Below, one piece after another: positions 55,045-64,000 of a stretch of 64,000 bases of DNA. Numbering within the stretch: position 1 is the first letter of the stretch; each line of letters starts with the position of its first letter. Under the pieces are notes generated by a model. The model was given only the letters and a program-made list of their open reading frames with translations, had not been told where the DNA came from and ran no database searches. The stretch lies in assembly GCF_009914755.1 (NCBI RefSeq), contig NC_060944.1; one strand, given 5' to 3'. The stretch comes from the human T2T-CHM13v2.0 reference genome, Homo sapiens. The position numbers and the translations under genes are program-made.

Positions 55045-55519
55045 TTAAATAATTTGCATTCTATGTATAGACATGCCTCTTTTTCTTTACCATTACCAGA
55101 ACTTTTTTCCTAATGTAAAAAAAAAGTGGGGTTGTTCAAAGATTGTCTTAGGGACCTTCTAATGAGCTTTACTGGCAGAGGGAAAAGATAAGAAAATGTG
55201 TAAGTCCCTTTTAGGAATCTCTTCTATTTCCTCTCCCTGTGTTAATTGTCTACCATCATCCATTATACTATAAACCGTTGTCTTCACTTTACTGGCCTTT
55301 TTCTTTACACCACATCCTGCCTACATTGTAGGACTGGAAGCTGCCAACATGCATGTTAACTAACAAGCACTTTTTCGTCTTTAGAATTAGGCAGTGCCTG
55401 GGTCAGGGGAGATGCAAGATTCAGAACAGCAATGCTTTTGCTATAAAAACAAGGCAGCTTTTAGGGTAGACTGGTTTTTCCAAACAAATTCATTGTTAAG
55501 GCTGTAACACGTTCTGTGA

Positions 55520-56202
<683 letters not shown>

Positions 56203-58146
56203 TAGTTCAAACTTGGAAATAAATGGATTAAAAGTCACTTGCTCTTAAAATGTGGTTTCTTTTTATAATCTTTTAAAATTCAGCAACTTAAATAAAACAT
56301 CCTGAGGGCAACATGTGTTAGTGAGGGGGACTGGGGGTGGCGTGGGGAGGGAGTGTGTTTGATGAAATTGTCCAGGAGCAAAGCACCACTTACTTGAAGC
56401 CCAGAGATTTGTCATCCAAATATGTGCAGATTGCTGGGCTATAAATAGTTTGAACTCAAGTAAACAGCCTCTTCTCCCTAACTGCTGCTTGGCCATTGTT
56501 CAGATGCCAGCACAGACTGAGGAGCATCTCACACCAAGCTCAAGGCTCTTGTGCCCAAATTTTGGGCTGCTTCTCTTGTGGGGAGAGCTTCAGCTACCCT
56601 GACTTGAGATGACCAAGGGTCACATGTTCACCCTCTTTAGTTATCCCACGTTTGGCTCCCACCCCTATGCAACCTGATGTACAGTTTCATAAACATGCCT
56701 CTGCTCTGATGAGTAGCGCTGATCTAAGAAGATTCCTGGCAACTATTAAAAAGCCCTGGGGCCCCATGGCTGTTGACTGAAGTAGATTTAGGAAGCACAG
56801 AAGTTCTTTTTTCAGGGCAGAGGCACGCATGGCTCATTTCTTTCTTTGGAACTAAGTAGAGTGGCACTGGTTGTCAGAACTGCTGCAGGCTGCCTGTGCC
56901 AGCAACTCATCTGCTCTGTGCCAGGCAGGCAGGCTGCTGACATTTCAAGAGTCCCTTTGAGGACTCCAGCAACATGCTGTCATTAGAGCAACTGAGGACA
57001 GTCCATAGTTTATTAGTATATTTCCTTTGGAAAAAATGTCTCCCCCTCTCTCTCTCTTTAAAATTCCTGCTTTAGCTGCATTGCTGCATTCATGTGCAGT
57101 GACTCTTATGTCAAATGCCTATGAGGAGATTATGACTAATTTAACATTTTGTTGTTGAGAGGACATAAGGAATGGTAGAAGGAGTACTAGATTAAGGATC
57201 AGGAGCCTGGATTCTTGCGCAAGTTACGTAACTTTTCCTAGCTTTGATTTCTTCATTTGTCAAGTAAAGATAGTCATGTCCCTCCTGTTTCTTGGGGTTG
57301 ATGAGAAAATTTATGTAAAGGTACTTTCTGGACTATACCGAACAAATGGAATGCAAAGGAGAAGTAGGGTAATGGAAGGAGCTTGGTGTTTGAGTCTCAC
57401 AGGCCTCGCCCACACTGTGACCTCAAGCAAGTGGCTAATGTCTCTCAGCCTCAACCTTTTCATCTGTAAAATGGGAACATCTATACTTGCCTTGCAGGAG
57501 TGTTAGAAGGATTAGAAATAACATATGTAAAGCACTGACAAATGGCAAACAATAGTTGAATAGCAATAATTGTTATTATTACACTTAATGTGGATATATT
57601 CACTCTGGGTGATTTAGGATTCTAAACCTAAGGAAGTATTCAGTTTATAGATGTAGAGATTAGCAAAAGGCCCTGCTAGTAACTGATAGTAGCAACTGAT
57701 AATAATAGCTAACTTTAAAAAATCCAAGTAATACATGAATATGACTTTTTAAAAAGTCTCTGAGTCTAGAAAGGCATCTGTCTCCTGCTTACCCCTCACC
57801 CTGAGGCAGCCATTTTATTTTTCTGCTTTTACTTCTTTTGGTGGTTACTTCTATTTCTCTAAATAATGTTACTCCCATTTCCTTTTTTAAATGAATTTTG
57901 TTTTTGTCAGAAAGGTACATGCACATAGTTTGCCTTAGTCTTTTTAAGGTCAAATATCATAAAAGATTTGTAATAAAAACCATCTGTTCCCTGCCCCCAC
58001 CCTTTCTTTACCCTTCCTCCTATCCTGCTCCCAAGGGCATACACTTTTGATCCTTTTAGGCGTTTGATCTAGCATTTATCTCTCTATATCTAAATAATAT
58101 GCTTATCGAGATATGGTTTTTTTTAACTGTATTACAGAAATTTTGA

Positions 58147-58566
<420 letters not shown>

Positions 58567-59010
58567 TGACCTCAGGTGATCTACCTGCCTTGGCCTCCCA
58601 AAGTGTTGAGATTACAGGCGTGAGCTACCGTGCCCAGCCTAGCATGTACTTTTAAGAGAATAAGGACTCCTTTTAAAAATATAACCACACTATCACACAT
58701 AAAATAATTAATAATCCTTTATTATTAGCAGTGGTCTCCATTTAACTCATAAGTTATTTTTTTAGTTCTAGTCAGATCCAAACAAGGACCTCACATTACC
58801 ATACTGCTTTTTCTTGACTCATCAGTTTTTTGTTTGTTTTTGAGACAGTCTCGCTCTATTGCCCAGGCTGGAGTGCAGTGGCACCATCTCAGCTCACTGC
58901 AACCTCCACCTCCCAAGGTTCAAGTAGTTCTCCTGCCTCAGCCTCCCAAGTAGCTGGGATTACAGGCATGCGCCACCATGCCTGGCTAATTTTTGTATTT
59001 TTATTTTTGA

Positions 59011-59232
<222 letters not shown>

Positions 59233-59925
59233 TGATCAGACATCCTGTCATGCTTTATTTGGCCATTCACAATCAATAATAAAAGACTTCTTTAAGGGGA
59301 TAGGTCTCAGTTCATCTGTTTGTCCCATAGGCCTCTGCCCTGCCTGGGAAGCTGCTGGGTACTGGAAGGGTACTAAGGTACTAAGTGGAAGATGCTTTAG
59401 GGCACATGAGCAGGAGCAGCAGTTAGACTGAGGGCCCTTCACGTGTTAGCATAAGGAGGCCAGTCTCTTACTAGAAGCCCTCGATCAATCCTAGGCAGTT
59501 CATTCAATTTATTTAAAGAGGCCTCCTGTCTTTGGCTGTGGTTCTGCAGAGCTTTTGGGCCCTCTGTGTGCTGCAGGTATGGGATAGAGGAGCTGGCTGG
59601 CACAGGACCTTCAGTGGATCCCTTAATTTTTTGGCCCTTCTGAATCTTCTCGACGCCTGCTGTCTTCAGGTTCAGAGCCTCCCTGGGGTCCCACACCATT
59701 CCTTGTCTCTCATTTCCAATGGTGCTTTCTTGTCCTTGTGCTCCAAACTTCAGCTTCTGTTGTCATACCTCTCTGAACTTTTTCTATCTTCCGGAAATTA
59801 TTTGAAATGAAATCCCTTGTTCTCTAATGATCCTTCCTTCAGCAAAAAGGCCCAATTTGTAGTTCAGAAGACGTGGTGCTTTTTACAAAAAGTATGTTAA
59901 TGTTTTACCATAGACTGGACTAAGT

Positions 59926-59928
<3 letters not shown>

Positions 59929-59968
<40 letters not shown>
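59929..59968 (+). repeat. (GT)20 microsatellite
   Basis: Perfect GT run read directly. Confidence 0.97.
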
Positions 59969-59970
<2 letters not shown>

Positions 59971-60842
59971 AGAAAATATTTATTGAGTTTCCTATTTTAT
60001 GCCAGGCACTCTTCTAGGCACTTGGGATAGATGTATTCAGTGAACCAAGGAGACATACTGTTGACTTTGTGGAGCTTACAGTCTGGTGGGGAAACACATG
60101 GAACGTGTACTTATAAATATGTTAAGGGTTATAAGAAGAGACATAGGAGTACCATGAGACCAGTACAGCAGGGGGAGCTAACGTGGCTCAGAGAAAAGGG
60201 CGCCCTAGGGAAGTGATATTTAATCTGAAATCTGATGGCTGAGTAGGAGTTAACCAAAATAAGAGGGAAGAGCCCTTCAAATTTGTATGTCAAAGTGCAG
60301 TAGCAAGTGAGAGTCTGAGACCAATAGAGAGTAGCAAGTGAGAGCCTCAAACCTTCTCCTGTTGGAGCACCAGGCTGTACTACCTCAGGATAGTCCCTTG
60401 CCTTCTCTGGATCTGGCATTCCTCACCCCTAAAATGAGGAGACCACATGCTCCTTTCAGCTGCAAAAATCAATGAGTCCAAGACTGTTTAAAGTTAAGGT
60501 CACTGTTTAAGTGAAGGTCCATCTCTCCCAAAACAGCTGTAGTTGGAAACTTATCTCAAGCTGGTGGGAAGTGGTTTGAAAAAAGGCAGGGAGGGGACAG
60601 TGTGATATCCTGCGAACCTATCCAGTTTCTAGCCACATAATCACTGGGGTCAGGCTTCTCTTCTCCTTCTGGCTCTCCTTCAGACACACCAAATCAGCAG
60701 TCCAAAGGGGACCACAAAGTGGATCCTCAGGACATCGAACCCTGAAGAAAAAGCAGCCACGTGTACTCCAAAACCAAAAAAATACGTTGAGCAATGTCTT
60801 AGTCATCTTTTGTGGGTTTGATTCCCCATCCCCCAAAAATGA

Positions 60843-61196
<354 letters not shown>

Positions 61197-61606
61197 TGAC
61201 CAAGAACATTGTTTTAAGTGTAAGTGTGGTTCCTTCTCTGGGGCCTTACACCAGGATTGTGGTGAGACGATGTATTGTTCTCCTTTCTTTTTTCCTGTTC
61301 TTCTGTATTTTCTTATCTTTTTACAATAAGCAATTATGATTATAATTGGAAGAAAACAAAATCTACTTTTATTCGTAAATCTCAATCAATATACTTCTCA
61401 ATTAATTGTCTAGAAAAAGCATGGACCTTCTAACTGCATGGCACAGTGAATAAGTGAGTTGGAAATGGTATGACAGCTGAAACCTGCCTTTGATGGGTGA
61501 TGAGCGATTGCACTGTACAGCAGCTGTGTGGACTAGAAAGTGGGTAGTGGTGGCCAGAATTTCTTTATTCATATACTCCTTCAACAGATATCCGTCAGTT
61601 GCTAGC

Positions 61607-62530
<924 letters not shown>

Positions 62531-64000
62531 GCGTAACAAATTAATCAATCTGTGCCTGTGATTTTCTCATGTGTCAAGCAGGGATAATAATTATACCTAC
62601 CTCATAGAGATCCTTATGGGGTTAAATGAGGTAATTTATATAAAGCAGTTAGAATACAACCAGGCACGGTGGCTCACACCTGTAATCCCAACACTTTGGG
62701 AGGCCAAGGCAGGCAGATCACTTGAGCTCAGGAGTTCAAAACCAGCCTGGGCGTATGGTGAGACCCCCGTCTCTACAACATAAATAAATAAAATAAACAG
62801 AATATTACCTGGCATATGGTAAATATACAATAATAGTTTTGGGGTTTGTTTATGGATTTCCTTATTTTAATAAGTATCTCATAATATGTACAAAATGCTG
62901 CTATATTAGACACAGATCTTTTCCTTAAAAAGTTAGGATTCTGGCAGAGAAAAAAGACCTGCCCCCAACTAAATATGTGTCATCAGAGAAAAGGGTATGT
63001 TTCTTAAGAGAGAAACAGAGCATACTAAGGAAATTCAGAGGAAGGAGAGACCCCTTCTAAACTGGGGGTAAAAGGTGGAATTAAACAGCCAAAGTTTCCT
63101 TCATCCTCAAATGGAGCTGATGCTGCTGTCTGTGAAAAACAGCCAAGTTTCCTGAAGGGAAGCCCTTTAAGAGGTGGTAGTGCAAGGGGGTTGTGGATTC
63201 AGGACTGGCACCACATGGTCCCTAGTTAGAGTGCAGGCTCTGCCCCTTGCTCCCGTGAGCCTTTGAGCAGGTTGGTCGGCTCACCATGCATCTGTTGCTA
63301 CAGCTGTAAGATGTGAATATTAATAATGTCTCCTGCACCCGATTATTGTGAGGATGACATGAAGTGGTGTTCATAGAGTGCTCAGTGCACAGCTTGGCCC
63401 CAGCCCACATAAGTGTGTCCAGTATTGTCAGTTATAAGAAGAAATGAATGTGCCAGTGTTGCTATGGTTCTGTCTTCCGGGATTCTGTCACAGACGTAGA
63501 ATTATTCCGTTCACAAGGGAAGTGATACAGAGTACATGTTGTTGAAGAAAATGATGTTGTTTTTATGAATGGGCTCCTTACTATTATTTTTGTTCAAGTA
63601 ACAAAACATGATTCAAAGCACCCATCTTCAAGAGCCCAGCCTCATTTCCTGACACCTACTCAGTCTTCTGGAATAAAGGCTCAGCCAAACAATAGCCCTG
63701 ACCTCCAGTCCCTCCAAACTGAGTGTTGCTGCTGAGAACAGGCCTTACAGCTCTGGGTGGGCTTTTGTTCATTACTCATCGTGACATTCTGGAGAAATAC
63801 AGGACCCTTTTGACTTCCCGACCAATCTCTGACTTTCTTTCATTGTCACATCACCATTAGGGCAAAGGATGATGAAATGGTCAGAATTAGACAAGAAGTA
63901 TTCAAATATTTTTCAATGTATAGTATGTGCCAGGCACATAACCCACACAAGAACCTTGGAGAGTAAGGCTGTTATTCTTCTCATTTTACACTGGGAAACC

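Overview
Primate, almost certainly human, genomic DNA that is very Alu-rich. It matches the SERINC3-PKIG interval, recalled as human 20q13.12. The only protein-coding sequence I can support is the 39-nt first coding exon of SERINC3 on the minus strand (5717->5679, MGAVLGVFSLASW, followed by a GTGAGT donor) inside a CpG island; 1-5678 is SERINC3 intron 1. A second CpG island at about 15.4-15.95 kb holds an ATG-less plus-strand first exon ending at a CAG|GTGAGC donor (15744). I assign it to PKIG from recalled gene order, which makes the remaining ~48 kb PKIG 5' intron. The ~9.7-kb gap between the divergent promoters holds five ERV1-class solo LTRs (LTR10-like, LTR7/HERV-H, MER61-like and two LTR8-family copies), several with visible target-site duplications. 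The rest is Alu, L1, L2, MIR, MaLR and DNA-transposon debris (HSMAR2, MER30, MER58, MER20, Tigger-like), microsatellites and a few repeat-poor islands with clustered transcription-factor motifs. Almost every ORF in the supplied track is an Alu or GC-rich artefact. I found no convincing new gene or new biological system. The most interesting signals are regulatory (LTR cluster, RFX X-box in the PKIG first exon, a GATA double palindrome, tandem AP-1 sites, a MEF2 site) and mutational (several locally templated inverted insertions inside Alus). Repeat subfamily names come from recalled consensus sequences and need RepeatMasker/Dfam confirmation.
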